Notes under the pieces: generated by a model | Told to the model about the DNA's origin: nothing | Databases searched by the model: none | Seen by the model: only the letters and a program-made list of their open reading frames with translations | Position numbers and translations under genes: made by a program | Assembly (NCBI GenBank): GCA_964626665.1 | Contig: CAZVGK010000004.1 | Span: 90,613 to 154,612, forward strand | DNA length: 64,000 bases | Reading direction: 5' to 3' | Origin: an uncultured Gemmatimonadota bacterium | GTDB lineage: Bacteria; SM23-81; DAOVCL01 | In this document: positions 1-9,830 of the stretch, one piece after another | Position numbering within the stretch: the stretch's first letter is position 1 | Layout of the letters: every line of letters starts with the position of its first letter

Positions 1-1236
1 AACTCCATCCATCAAAATGTTGCCGAAAGGGACACCAGCGTCATTTTTAGGGTGGCCTTGGGCAAAAGGGTGGGGGTGGCCACAGCCAACTCCCTAAATA
101 AGGGGAGGTTGATAGACACATTGAAGGAAGCGGTGAAGATAGCTAAGCACCAGGTGGAGAACCCGCATTTTTCCTCCCTTCCCTCTGCCCAGGAGTATAA
201 GAGGCTAGAAACCTTCTTTGAAGAGACGGCAGATTTCACCCCCGAGGAGAGGGCGGAGAGGGTGGGGAGAATCATCAAAATGGTGGAGGATAAGGGCTTG
301 CAGGTGGCCGGGGCCCTTTCCACAAGCAGCGGGGAGATAGCTGTTCTGAACAGCTTTGGGGTGGCAGCCTATCAACCCCTCAGTGCAGCAACTTTGCGAA
401 TAGTGGTTAGCTCCGCGGACAGCTCTGGCTATGCTGATTCCCTCTGCCGAGATATAGGAGAGCTTGATGTTGATGAGCGGACAGAGGTGGCCATAAAAAG
501 GTGTCTGGAGAGCAAGGGCCCACGGGACCTAAAGCCAGGGAGATACGATGTTCTCTTGGAGCCCCCCGCCGTAGGGGAGCTTATCGAGTGGATGAGTATG
601 ATCGGTTTTGGGGCCAAGAGCCTTCAGGAGGAGACGAGCTTCCTCAGCGACAGGTTAGGGGAAAGGATAGTCTCTGAGAAGGTGACCATCTACGATGATG
701 GCAATGATCCCTCAGGGATAGCTATGCCCTTTGACTTTGAGGGTATTCCCAAGCAGAGGGTTTACTTCATTGATAAGGGTGTTGCTCAGGGGGTGGTCTA
801 CGATTCGGAAACCGCCAACCGGGAGGGAAAAACCTCCACGGGCCACGCCCTCCCACCCACATCCCATTCCGGCCCAATGCCGCTGAATGTCTTTTTCGCG
901 CCGGGAGATGAGGGGGAAGAGGAGATGCTCAACTCTATGAGGAGGGGGATTTTGGTCACCCGCTTTCATTATGTCAACGGTTTGCTGAACACCAGGGAGG
1001 CCCTTTTCACCGGTATGACCAGGGATGGGACATTCTTCGTAGAGGATGGGAAGGTCAAATATCCCATAGAAAACTTAAGGTTCACCGAGAGTATGCTGAA
1101 GGCCCTCTCCAATGTGGAGATGGTTTCCAGGGAGAGAAAAGCCATCAACGCCTGGTGGGAAGCAGTGGGGGCAGCAGTTGTTCCCTCCCTTTTGATCAAG
1201 GATTTTAACTTCTCCGGAAAGACCTCCGGACAATAG
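1..1236 (+). CDS. TldD/PmbA family protein (PmbA/TldE-like), 5' end outside window
   Basis: Frame is open from base 1 (NSIHQNVAERD...). Motifs PFDFEG, STGHA, GMTRDG and NLRFTES are typical of TldD/PmbA; no HExxxH, so TldE-like. Confidence 0.85.
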   Translation, partial: NSIHQNVAERDTSVIFRVALGKRVGVATANSLNKGRLIDTLKEAVKIAKHQVENPHFSSLPSAQEYKRLETFFEETADFTPEERAERVGRIIKMVEDKGLQVAGALSTSSGEIAVLNSFGVAAYQPLSAATLRIVVSSADSSGYADSLCRDIGELDVDERTEVAIKRCLESKGPRDLKPGRYDVLLEPPAVGELIEWMSMIGFGAKSLQEETSFLSDRLGERIVSEKVTIYDDGNDPSGIAMPFDFEGIPKQRVYFIDKGVAQGVVYDSETANREGKTSTGHALPPTSHSGPMPLNVFFAPGDEGEEEMLNSMRRGILVTRFHYVNGLLNTREALFTGMTRDGTFFVEDGKVKYPIENLRFTESMLKALSNVEMVSRERKAINAWWEAVGAAVVPSLLIKDFNFSGKTSGQ

Positions 1237-1246
1237 GTTTGATCGC

Positions 1247-1565
1247 TAGCGAAGCTTCGCCTTCCCGGCCCGGGACGGGCAAACCGACGAGGTTTGGCAG
1301 TATAAACTGGGCGAAGCTTCGAATGTAAAATTCACCCCGTTAAATATTTGCTTATTTTACAAGGTTGCATCCTTCTTCTCATAACTCCGTTTCCGCTTCT
1401 CTAATTTTTGGTGAAACTTGCTATTTAACGGGGTGAAGAATGTAGAATTAAGAATGAGAAAACCTGCAGCCAAGGGGCCTGGGGCTAAGCTTATTGTCCA
1501 CTTCTTTCTTTCTGCCCTCAAAACTTGACATAAATTTTAAGATCTTGCCTTATGAAGGAGGTTAG
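1247..1565. repeat. Composite intergenic repeat, copy 1 (copy 2 at 31788-32168)
   Basis: Near-identical blocks TAGCGAAGCTTCGCCTTCCCGGCCCGGGACGGGCAA...CAGTATAAACTGGGCGAAGCTTC and AAAACTTGACA.AAATTTTAAGA..TTGCCTTATGAAGGAGG.TAG at both loci. Confidence 0.9.
1331..1437. mobile_element. MITE-like element with perfect 16-bp terminal inverted repeats
   Basis: TTCACCCCGTTAAATA (1331-1346) and TATTTAACGGGGTGAA (1422-1437); absent from the homologous site near 31870. Confidence 0.8.
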
Positions 1566-2022
1566 AGCCCATCAGTTAAACCTGAGCATTTTCCGGCTCC
1601 TCTGGCTCAGCGTTTTGCCCCTTCTCCTTTTTTTTGGCTGCAGCAAAAGGGAGAGGGAACCACAGACTTCTCAGGGGATGACCACAATTACGGTTGCCGG
1701 CCATCCCCTCAAGGTAACCGTCTGTCAGACCCCGCAGTCCCGCCAAAGGGGACTGATGTTTAGGAAGAGCCTTCCATCAGATGAAGGGATGCTCTTTGTT
1801 TTTCCCCAGGAGGGCTATTACCCCTTCTGGATGAAGAACACCTATATCCCTTTAAGTATTGCCTTTATCAGCCGAGAGGGAAGGATAATTCAAATCGATG
1901 AGATGGAGCCGCTGAACATCACGCCTCATACTCCTTTGGGCCACATTCTCTATGCTCTGGAGACAAATAAGGGCTGGTTTAAGAACAAGGGGATAAAGGT
2001 AGGGGATGAGGTAAGGTTTTAA
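1552..2022 (+). CDS. DUF192 domain lipoprotein
   Basis: RGLMFR, GMLFVF, FWMKNTYIPLSIAFI, ALETNKGWF; lipobox-like LFFGC. Confidence 0.9.
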   Translation: MKEVRAHQLNLSIFRLLWLSVLPLLLFFGCSKREREPQTSQGMTTITVAGHPLKVTVCQTPQSRQRGLMFRKSLPSDEGMLFVFPQEGYYPFWMKNTYIPLSIAFISREGRIIQIDEMEPLNITPHTPLGHILYALETNKGWFKNKGIKVGDEVRF

Positions 2023-2163
2023 GCAATTAGCCTTGGGAAATGAGGAAAAAACACCAATGACACCGAGACATCAAAAAGCAGTAAAGCACTCTCCCTTAGG
2101 TGAGAAATCTCCTATTGCCCGAATGGATGTTCTTGTTTCCATAAATCTTGCACCCAGGAGGGG

Positions 2164-3021
2164 TTATATATACCCCCTCTGCAGGGTCCGTTTGATCCTG
2201 ATAAGTAGATTCCGCATCTGGGCATCTCCCCACTTCATCTCCTGGATGATATATACTCCCACCCCTCGCCTTCCCTCGACCAGGCCGATATGGGTCAGAT
2301 CCCCAATGATGTTCTTTTTCATTTGAGTAATTTCCTCCTGGGAAAGGGCTGGAACCTTGGGAGCTCGCTTGGGTTGGTTTTGACAGTTGATAACGAAGAG
2401 ATGGGCCCACCGCAATGGCCTATATTCCTTGAGAAGGAGCCTATCTGCGTAGTTCTTCAAACTGAGGGGTTGGGCCAGTATCTTGGAGACGTCAACCTTA
2501 GAGGCTATCAACTCCAATAGGGGCTCAGGTAACTGGGAAAAATCTATGGAAGGTTCCTCTAAATCCTTATCCTTCTTTCCCCGGGAGGCTCCGGTTAACA
2601 GGGGCAACAAACTTCCTCCGAACTGCTGGACAAAGGCTAAGGAGAGGCGATGGGCCAGTTCCTTCCGGGGGGGAAGTATATGCCCTTGCGGAGGGGGTGG
2701 GGAGAGGAATATGGTCAACGAACCAGAGAGCTCATATTTTAGGCTGTCATAATCGGAGGAGTTGGCCTCAATCACACTCAGCATGGGTTCATTATCCCTC
2801 CAGAAGAGATATTCCCTATGGCCTTCCTGCACCCTTTCCAGATCTTCTCCCTTTCGCAAGATTGTTGCTCCAGGAGGAGAGGAAAAGTTAGCTGAATTCT
2901 TGTCCCCCGGCAGCCAATGATAGAAGGAAGGGATAAAATAGGGCAACTTTTCCTCTATTGTCTCTATTAAAGCTGTCTTCCCCGATTTTCGCGGGCCAAT
3001 AACAAAAATTTGGTTATCCAT
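2164..3021 (-). CDS. Hypothetical protein with N-terminal P-loop
   Basis: 285-aa ORF; IFVIGPRKSGKT Walker A; SD-like AGAGG upstream. Confidence 0.6.
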   Translation of the reverse strand: MDNQIFVIGPRKSGKTALIETIEEKLPYFIPSFYHWLPGDKNSANFSSPPGATILRKGEDLERVQEGHREYLFWRDNEPMLSVIEANSSDYDSLKYELSGSLTIFLSPPPPQGHILPPRKELAHRLSLAFVQQFGGSLLPLLTGASRGKKDKDLEEPSIDFSQLPEPLLELIASKVDVSKILAQPLSLKNYADRLLLKEYRPLRWAHLFVINCQNQPKRAPKVPALSQEEITQMKKNIIGDLTHIGLVEGRRGVGVYIIQEMKWGDAQMRNLLIRIKRTLQRGYI

Positions 3022-3076
3022 TTTACCTCTTTACATGGAGTTCGTTAAAGAAAACCGTGGTATGGTTATTTTCTCC

Positions 3077-3547
3077 TCAATCCAGATATGACTCTAAGAC
3101 CTTCCAGGAGATCTTGCCGCCTGAAGAGACCCTAAATTCGAGGAGCATCCATCCCCCCCTGTGTCCATCCTCAAAATAGGCAAATACCCATTGTTTGCTT
3201 AAAACCCATATCATATCTGCGGAGTAGAATCCCATCCTTCCTCCGTTAACGCCTTTGTAAGGTATTAACTCAGGATGTTTTTGTAGATCCGCGACAATCT
3301 CTTTCAATGGGTTTTTTAAGCCCTTCCTTTGGAATTTTTCTAAATCCCATCTGTTTAATCCCGGTCTTCTCTCCAGTAGCTTTTGGTGTTTATTCAGCGA
3401 AGACCTCAGATCTTCAATTTGGGTGAGCAGACTGGCCTTCTGTTTTGTGTGCTTAATTTGCAAGAGAAGGGTTAAACCCGCCAGGCCAATGAAAAGGACA
3501 ATCCAGAGGTAGCGGCCAAATATAGGGGTTTGTTTAAGGGTTTTCAT
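3077..3547 (-). CDS. Hypothetical membrane-anchored protein
   Basis: AAGGAG SD; N-terminal TM helix; C-terminal WVFAYFEDGH domain of unknown function. Confidence 0.7.
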   Translation of the reverse strand: MKTLKQTPIFGRYLWIVLFIGLAGLTLLLQIKHTKQKASLLTQIEDLRSSLNKHQKLLERRPGLNRWDLEKFQRKGLKNPLKEIVADLQKHPELIPYKGVNGGRMGFYSADMIWVLSKQWVFAYFEDGHRGGWMLLEFRVSSGGKISWKVLESYLD

Positions 3548-3578
3548 ATTAGCTCCTTGCGGTATTGTTTGGTCAAAT

Positions 3579-4187
3579 TCATTTTTGCAGGTAAGCTATG
3601 CCACTTTTTATCAGCATTGCCATATAGCCAAATAGTATAAGTCCCAAAATTCTAATGAGATAAATAAAATATTTGCTTTTAAGCAAACTTTTGCCTCTGT
3701 GAGTAACGAGAGCAACTGAGATTTTTGATCCGACTAAAAAGGCGTAGAATCCGAGCAGGAATAGACCACAATCCAAGGTGTTACCTCTAACCAAGAAGGA
3801 TCCGCCGACGGAAAGCCAAAATATATATGGATGAGGATTAAGCGCATTTGTAATGACAGCTTTTTGAAGAGATCGGCCTCTATTGCTTTTTGTCTGAAGT
3901 TTGCTTAGATTTACTTTTAAATTCTCGTATCCAAGGTATCCGAGAAAAAGCCCTCCCGATATTGAGATAAGTGCTAAGGGAGTGTTTGAATTCTTCAGTT
4001 GATCAAAGACTAATAATGTGACCACAATTATGGGTAAGTCTGTAAGGAGGGGAGCAAGAGCTACTTTAATCCCGCTTTTTCTGCCCTGCTGCAGTGTTTC
4101 TGAGATGACTAATGTTAAAAGTGGCCCCGGTGACAACCCCGCCGTTAATCCAAGGAGAATCCCAGGCAATAAAAAATTAGCAATCAT
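3579..4187 (-). CDS. LysE family translocator
   Basis: GLSPGP, TDLPII and NALNPHP motifs; highly hydrophobic. Confidence 0.9.
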   Translation of the reverse strand: MIANFLLPGILLGLTAGLSPGPLLTLVISETLQQGRKSGIKVALAPLLTDLPIIVVTLLVFDQLKNSNTPLALISISGGLFLGYLGYENLKVNLSKLQTKSNRGRSLQKAVITNALNPHPYIFWLSVGGSFLVRGNTLDCGLFLLGFYAFLVGSKISVALVTHRGKSLLKSKYFIYLIRILGLILFGYMAMLIKSGIAYLQK

Positions 4188-4337
4188 TTAACCACTTTAA
4201 TTTCGGTTTTTGTAGTATGGCACCAAAAGTATTTGCAACTCTGTAAAAAAGGTTTTGCTGTATCCAAAGGCATAAAGAAAGTGATTTCCTCTACTTCCAA
4301 CATTTCTGAAGGGGTTCATAGACCATTATAAAAATAT

Positions 4338-4376
4338 GCCAGAAAACCCCCGCTCGTGAGCGGGGGATGAATGGTA
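4338..4376. mobile_element. Solo IS200/IS605-type end hairpin
   Basis: GCCAGAAAACCCCCGCTC-GT-GAGCGGGGGATGAATGG; no transposase nearby. Confidence 0.5.
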
Positions 4377-4560
4377 TCCTTGATTCTCCTCAGGTTCTCC
4401 TCCTCTTAAAAGAAGTCATCAAAGGATGATAGGCACTATGGTAACAGATCAATCTGAAAATTTTACTATTATATTTAGCACACTTTATGGCTATCATTTT
4501 TATTCATATTTTAAAAGAATCCAGAGCTTACTTTCACCCCATCTACGAGGATTGTTAATC

Positions 4561-5520
4561 TCATTTTTGATCGTTCAACTTCATATTTTTATAAAGTTCT
4601 TTAGCTAAGTTCCAATAATGATTGGTATTGACCTTGCCTTTAGCATAATCATTATGCCATCCGACGGGGACGGGCATGTCTCTATATAAATTTTCCCGTC
4701 TGGCTTCAAGCAACATCCTGGGTTTTTTCATGAAATCAGCTCCACAAATAACCTTTTTATCTGTTCTGGAGGATAGGCACTTTATCCATTTAGCTCCTTC
4801 ATAATTTCTCATTAAATGGTGGTCGAGGATTAAAATATCGACTTTTTGAGAAAGCCGTTTAGCATTGTACCAGGCTTTCTTAACTTGGCTTCTGGAAAAT
4901 CTATGAGATAAATAAAGAGGAGGTCCACCAACTAATGCAATATCAGGTCTCCATTCTAATATTTGGATAACAGCCTCATTATTAAGGAGCTGGATATCGG
5001 AAGCATGCACAAAGACGCAATCTTCTGCAATTTTGGTCATCATTACTTTTCCTAATCTGTTATTCGCTTCTCCATGAGGGACTGATTTGGAGAAAGCCAT
5101 TATCCCCTGTTCCTTCCCTTCTCCTTCAATTAAATCTTTCTTTAAAACCAGAGAAAGGGAGTCTGCTCTTTTCTTCTCGAGTGGGGAAAGGTGAGCCAAG
5201 ATCTCGGTCCATATTCTGACTTTTGGATTTAATTTAGCTACCTTCTTGATGTTGAATTGATAAGGATTTGCATCCACTAAAGGAACATGGTCTCCATGAA
5301 AATGGCTGATTATTATATCCGTAGCTTCAGACCACCTTTTAACAATCTTCTTTTGTATCTTTTCGTCTACTGCTACTTGAAAGGGATGGGGGAGTAAACC
5401 GTATCTATGATAACCTAAGGCGATACCTGGGTCAATCAATATCTTTCTGTTCTTTGTTTTTATAAAACAGCAAAGTCCCCTTACCCCCAAAGATTCAGCT
5501 CCTAAAATTTCAATATCCAT
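4561..5520 (-). CDS. MBL-fold metallo-hydrolase (UPF0282-like)
   Basis: ESLGVRG, DPGIALG, SHFHGDH, ASDIQ, DHHLMR. Confidence 0.85.
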   Translation of the reverse strand: MDIEILGAESLGVRGLCCFIKTKNRKILIDPGIALGYHRYGLLPHPFQVAVDEKIQKKIVKRWSEATDIIISHFHGDHVPLVDANPYQFNIKKVAKLNPKVRIWTEILAHLSPLEKKRADSLSLVLKKDLIEGEGKEQGIMAFSKSVPHGEANNRLGKVMMTKIAEDCVFVHASDIQLLNNEAVIQILEWRPDIALVGGPPLYLSHRFSRSQVKKAWYNAKRLSQKVDILILDHHLMRNYEGAKWIKCLSSRTDKKVICGADFMKKPRMLLEARRENLYRDMPVPVGWHNDYAKGKVNTNHYWNLAKELYKNMKLNDQK

Positions 5521-5832
5521 ATTCTATCCTATCCAAACCCACTCATCGCATTAGAGATGAGGAACCTTATGTTTATTATTGTTTTTGCCGTGCTAAATTC
5601 CCTTTCTCTCGTAATGACTATCAAGAAAGTTTAGACCATAATGTCGAGGGGTGTTTGAAGTTCCGACGCAGGTCGGGATTCAATTATGGCAGCTTCACAA
5701 TCAGATAAGTGTCGGGAAAGGTTGGTGGAGCCCTAAAGAGAAGTTAGCGACCAAAAGGGGGATAAGTTCTGAGGGGGGAACACCCACCCCTAAAATATTA
5801 GCTACTACTGGGGGCCACTAATTAGATTAACC

Positions 5833-5951
5833 ATCATTGCGAGTCCCGATGAAATCGGGACGAAACAATCCAAACTACTGAATGGGAGTTTAAACTATGA
5901 GATTGCTTCGTCGAGTTCCCTCGCTTTGCTCGGGACAAGCCTCGCAATGAC
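5833..5951. repeat. Palindromic element (TCATTGCGAG...CTCGCAATGA) with nested hairpins
   Basis: Inverted termini; nested GTCCCGAT-GAA-ATCGGGAC; related partial copy at 10936-10996. Confidence 0.75.
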
Positions 5952-6204
5952 CAGTGAAATAACAATGTGCAAACTATAATGTGGCCTGAATAATAAGATT
6001 CTGCTTTATTGTTTTACCTTTCGGGAAGTGCTATAGGTCGTCGTTCAGAAAGACACATTCTCTTCAACTACAGGAAATACTGGGTGAATTCTCGGTTGGT
6101 ATCCATCGATTATAATGCCTAATGTTAGCTACCACATTAGAACGGAGATCCTTAAACTCAATACGGTGAGGTTACTTACCGCACCGTATTGAGTGAGAAA
6201 GCTT

Positions 6205-6519
6205 TCATCTCCTCCAGTGGCCAGGAACCCAAACCCAACCCCTTGGCCGTCTCTGCCAGTGGCCCGGGACCCAGGCCGTGCCCTTGGGTTTCAGCTCCCA
6301 ATGGCCAGCTATCCAGACATAGCTGCCCCTCCTCCACTGCCAACGGCCGGGGATCCATACGGCATAAGACGCGGGCCGGGCTACCCTCACCTCAACTCTG
6401 GGGGCAGGGGGGGACTTGAGCACATAGACTGTGCGACTGGCACAACCAATCAACCCCATCCAGAGGATGCCTAAAATGAAAAGGAGTGTAACCATCCTCT
6501 CTTTATTTTTTGCTATCAT
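6205..6519 (-). CDS. YXWGXW-repeat lipoprotein
   Basis: Lipobox LIGC; repeats WIPGRW, WIAGHW, WVPGHW x2. Confidence 0.9.
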   Translation of the reverse strand: MIAKNKERMVTLLFILGILWMGLIGCASRTVYVLKSPPAPRVEVRVARPASYAVWIPGRWQWRRGSYVWIAGHWELKPKGTAWVPGHWQRRPRGWVWVPGHWRR

Positions 6520-6534
6520 AGCTCTTCCTTTAGC

Positions 6535-7029
6535 CTACTTGGGCTGTGGGGGTTGTGGGGGTAGCGGCTGTGGTGCGAAGCGTGGCCGCCAGGGCCTGGG
6601 GGGCAATTGGCGGGGGGGCCTTCGCCGCTTCCTCTGTCTAAAGAGTTGCCTTTTCCTCCCGCGCAGCTTCTTTCGTTGCTCAGGGTTGAGAAGGTTACGA
6701 ATTTCTAACCTGGTATCGATGCGGTTCCTCTCCAGCCTGGTGCGGAGGGCTCCTATCTCGTCCAACTTCTTATAGATGGCCTGCTTATCGGGATGCTCCG
6801 CCTGCAAGAGACCCCTCAGGTCGAGATGGGCTAACTTGAGGTCTGCCTTCAGTTTGATGGTCTTCCTCTGTGCCTTTAGCCTAATTTCCTCCAACCTCTG
6901 TGTCTGCTCTGCCGAGAGGCCCAACTCTGAGGAAAGATCTAAGATGTCTGGCCCCCGGGCAAAGCTATTGCCGCCCAGGAGGAGGAGGAGGAAAGCCAGA
7001 AGAAGTCCTGTCTTCTTCATTTTTCTCAC
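6535..7029 (-). CDS. Spy/CpxP-family periplasmic protein
   Basis: Signal peptide; LGLSAEQ and LLNPEQR (LTXXQ-like) motifs; Pro-rich tail. Confidence 0.8.
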   Translation of the reverse strand: MRKMKKTGLLLAFLLLLLGGNSFARGPDILDLSSELGLSAEQTQRLEEIRLKAQRKTIKLKADLKLAHLDLRGLLQAEHPDKQAIYKKLDEIGALRTRLERNRIDTRLEIRNLLNPEQRKKLRGRKRQLFRQRKRRRPPRQLPPRPWRPRFAPQPLPPQPPQPK

Positions 7030-7499
7030 CTCCTTTCCCTTTGATGTTCCCTTATGCCTTTGATGATCTCTCTAATTCGCTTTTCAAAGTCCCTTTGGAA
7101 GATGAGGAGCTCTACTCTCTGTCTAAGGGTCAATATCTGAGAGGTCTGCAGCCAGAAATCCCTCTGTCCCTCTCCCTTCTTGATGCGATTCTCCTCCACC
7201 CTTTTTAGGAGGGCCCTCATCTCCTTCTCCTTGGGTCTCTCCTGCCTCAACACATCTTTCAACTGATCCAACAATCTGTTCCTCTCCTGGTCCAACTGGC
7301 GCTTCTCCTTTTGAAATTGGTTGAAAAGGGGGAAGAACCGCATAGACTGTTCCTGGTTCAGGTTCAAAGCCTCGGTCAACTTCCACATCCTTATAGTTTC
7401 TATCTGTTTCCTTACCCTCTCCCTGGGTTGGGGTTGGGAATAAGCCAACCCACTAATTAAGAGGGGGAAAAGGAGAAATTTAAGGATCTTACTTTTCAT
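7026..7499 (-). CDS. Spy/CpxP-like periplasmic protein
   Basis: Signal peptide; WKLTEALNLNQEQSMRFFP and ILTLRQR. Confidence 0.75.
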   Translation of the reverse strand: MKSKILKFLLFPLLISGLAYSQPQPRERVRKQIETIRMWKLTEALNLNQEQSMRFFPLFNQFQKEKRQLDQERNRLLDQLKDVLRQERPKEKEMRALLKRVEENRIKKGEGQRDFWLQTSQILTLRQRVELLIFQRDFEKRIREIIKGIREHQRERR

Positions 7500-7509
7500 C
7501 TCTTCCTCC

Positions 7510-8112
7510 TTAGGTTCCCTTTAATTGGTTTTCTAATTCCTGCAACTCACTTGCGGAAAGCTCTCCGGTTGCTTTATCTATATCCAAGTCCTGGTAGAGG
7601 AGATCTGAGGCGAGGTTGGCCTCATCCCCGAATTGAGAGGCCAATCTTTCTAACAGCTTCTCCCCTTCCTCCTTTCCTAATCCCCCTAAATCCACTTGCC
7701 CATAAGTCAGTTCTGTCACCCCCTTCTGTAGAGCATCCAACCTAAATACCTGCACCAAAGAGGTAGAGAACTTCTCTAACTGGGCCGCCGAGTCTATCCC
7801 GGATAGCTCCCCGCCCTCATAGGCCCCTTTCAGGGGAGGGGAGGGGATGTTCGGGGGGTAGATTTGGGGTCGAAACAGGAGGAATGCTATGATTAAGAGT
7901 CCTAAACCACCGGCCAGAAGGGGGATAGGGTGGAGATGAACCCTCCCTCTCTCCTCCATCTTTCTCCTCAGATTGGGGAGGTAGGAGGCCCAAAAGTGAG
8001 CCGGGGGTTGAAAATCCTCCTCCTTCTTGAGGATCTCCTGCAGGGTCTCCAACTCCTGGCGCTCCTTTTCCACTCCTTTCCCTATGATTTTACTTTGTTT
8101 GCTTTTACGCAT
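7510..8112 (-). CDS. Putative anti-sigma factor
   Basis: Overlaps the ECF sigma stop; PPAHFW motif followed by a single TM helix. Confidence 0.65.
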   Translation of the reverse strand: MRKSKQSKIIGKGVEKERQELETLQEILKKEEDFQPPAHFWASYLPNLRRKMEERGRVHLHPIPLLAGGLGLLIIAFLLFRPQIYPPNIPSPPLKGAYEGGELSGIDSAAQLEKFSTSLVQVFRLDALQKGVTELTYGQVDLGGLGKEEGEKLLERLASQFGDEANLASDLLYQDLDIDKATGELSASELQELENQLKGT

Positions 8113-8653
8113 AAGCCTTTAACGTCCTCTGTAACTTCTTTATGGCCTGAAAATAGTTGGCCTTTATTGTCCCTTCCCTTTTATCTAAGAGTTGAGCTAT
8201 CTTCTGATGGGGTAATCCCTCATAGTGGTGGAGGACGAAAGCTATCCTCTGTTGTGGGGGGAGGTGGCTAATGGCCTTATCGATTGCCTGGGAGAGCTGA
8301 TTCCTCTCATAGGAGAAGTCAGGGGAGTCCTTGGTTCGGGAAAGTGGCCTCCTCAGATCGCTAAGGGAGAGAAAGGAACGAAATTTCTCCCTTTTGATGA
8401 AGTTCAAGCAGAGATTGCAGGTTATCCGGTAGAGCCAAGTAAAGAATGAGGAATTCCCCTTAAAGTTTTTTAAGCTCTTGTAGGCTTTAAGGAATGCCTC
8501 CTGGGAGAGGTCCAGAGCGTCTTGGTGGTTTCTTACCATACGCAAGGCAAGATAGTAGATCTTCTCCTTGTGCCTCTCCACTAAGAGGTTAAAGGCCTTT
8601 TCCTGGCCCTGGCGAAAGAGATCAACCAGCTCCGAGTCAGATAGTTCCTCCAT
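8105..8653 (-). CDS. ECF-subfamily RNA polymerase sigma factor
   Basis: DALDLSQEAFLKAY, FFTWLYRI, region 4 HTH (EGLPHQKIAQLL). Confidence 0.95.
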   Translation of the reverse strand: MEELSDSELVDLFRQGQEKAFNLLVERHKEKIYYLALRMVRNHQDALDLSQEAFLKAYKSLKNFKGNSSFFTWLYRITCNLCLNFIKREKFRSFLSLSDLRRPLSRTKDSPDFSYERNQLSQAIDKAISHLPPQQRIAFVLHHYEGLPHQKIAQLLDKREGTIKANYFQAIKKLQRTLKAYA

Positions 8654-8665
8654 CCCTTAATTACT

Positions 8666-8694
8666 TAGACACCGCCGGGCGTAAAATGGTTTAA
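8666..8694 (-). promoter_or_regulatory. Candidate ECF autoregulatory promoter
   Basis: TAAACC-N16-TGTCTA just upstream of the sigma gene. Confidence 0.5.
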
Positions 8695-8700
8695 GGGGGA

Positions 8701-9726
8701 TTATCCCCTCCCTGATCTGATGAGCATCTTGGAATAATGGTTCAAATTGTCCAGAACCCTGCCAGATCCCTTCACCACACAGGTCAGGGGATCATCGACG
8801 AGGTTCACTGGAAGGTTAGTCTCCTGTCTTAGCCTCTTGTCAAACCCCCTAATCATTGAGCCCCCTCCAGTCATTACCATCCCTCTATCCAGTATATCTG
8901 AAGCCAGCTCTGGTGGGGTTCTCTCTAAAGCCTGCTTCACCGCCTCCACAATGGCCCCTATGGGCTCACTCAGGGCCATCCTCACCTCCTCAGAGCTTAT
9001 CTTCATAGTTTTGGGGATCCCAGCGACAAGGTCCCTTCCCTTTACCTCTATTTCCATCTCCTCCGGGAGGGGGAATGCCGACCCTATTCTCATCTTTATC
9101 CCTTCGGCAGTGGAATCACCGATCAGGAGATTGTAAGTCTTCTTCAGATATTGGACTATGGAGCTTCCCATCTCGTCTCCTCCTATCCTGATGGAGGTGC
9201 TGGTAACGATCCCGGAGAGAGCCACCACGGCGATCTCCGATGTCCCGCCCCCTATATCGATGATCATATTCCCCGCGGGCTGTTCCACGGGCAGTCCCAT
9301 CCCAATTGCCGCGGCCATCGGCTCATGGAGAAGGTAAACCTCCCTGGCCTCCGACTCCGCTGCATCCCTGACTGCCCTCTTCTCCACCTCGGTGATCCCT
9401 GAGGGAACGCAGATGATGATGCGCGGCCTCATAAAGAACCTGTGCTTGACCACCCTGCGAATGAAATAGCGAAGGAGTTTCTCGGTGACCTCAAAATCGG
9501 CTATTACCCCATCCTTCAATGGTTTAATGGCCTTTATCTCATCCGGAGTCTTACCGAGCATCTGTTTGGCTTCCTTGCCAATGGTTAAGACCTCTTCGGT
9601 GGAGGAGTCTAAAGCCACCACTGTCGGTTCGTTTAAGACAATCCCTTTACCCTTTATGTAGATCAGGGTGTTTGCCGTTCCCAGGTCAATACCAATATCG
9701 CTGGAAATAAAATCGAAGAATCCCAT
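8701..9726 (-). CDS. mreB: Rod shape-determining protein MreB
   Basis: DIGIDLGTANT, VPSGITEVEKRAV, DIGGGTSE, LERTPPELASDI. Confidence 0.97.
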   Translation of the reverse strand: MGFFDFISSDIGIDLGTANTLIYIKGKGIVLNEPTVVALDSSTEEVLTIGKEAKQMLGKTPDEIKAIKPLKDGVIADFEVTEKLLRYFIRRVVKHRFFMRPRIIICVPSGITEVEKRAVRDAAESEAREVYLLHEPMAAAIGMGLPVEQPAGNMIIDIGGGTSEIAVVALSGIVTSTSIRIGGDEMGSSIVQYLKKTYNLLIGDSTAEGIKMRIGSAFPLPEEMEIEVKGRDLVAGIPKTMKISSEEVRMALSEPIGAIVEAVKQALERTPPELASDILDRGMVMTGGGSMIRGFDKRLRQETNLPVNLVDDPLTCVVKGSGRVLDNLNHYSKMLIRSGRG

Positions 9727-9756
9727 TCCTTCCTCCTTGGAGCTCAGTTTTGCTAA

Positions 9757-9823
9757 ATACTAACACAACTTTTCCCCTCAGTCAATATAAATATTTGACA
9801 AACTTATCAGCTTGTCCTATATT
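9757..9823. promoter_or_regulatory. Back-to-back sigma70 promoters (mreB and GGDEF gene)
   Basis: Minus strand TTGACT(9785-9780)-N17-TAGTAT; plus strand TTGACA(9795-9800)-N17-TATATT. Confidence 0.75.
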
Positions 9824-9830
9824 GGGGGTG

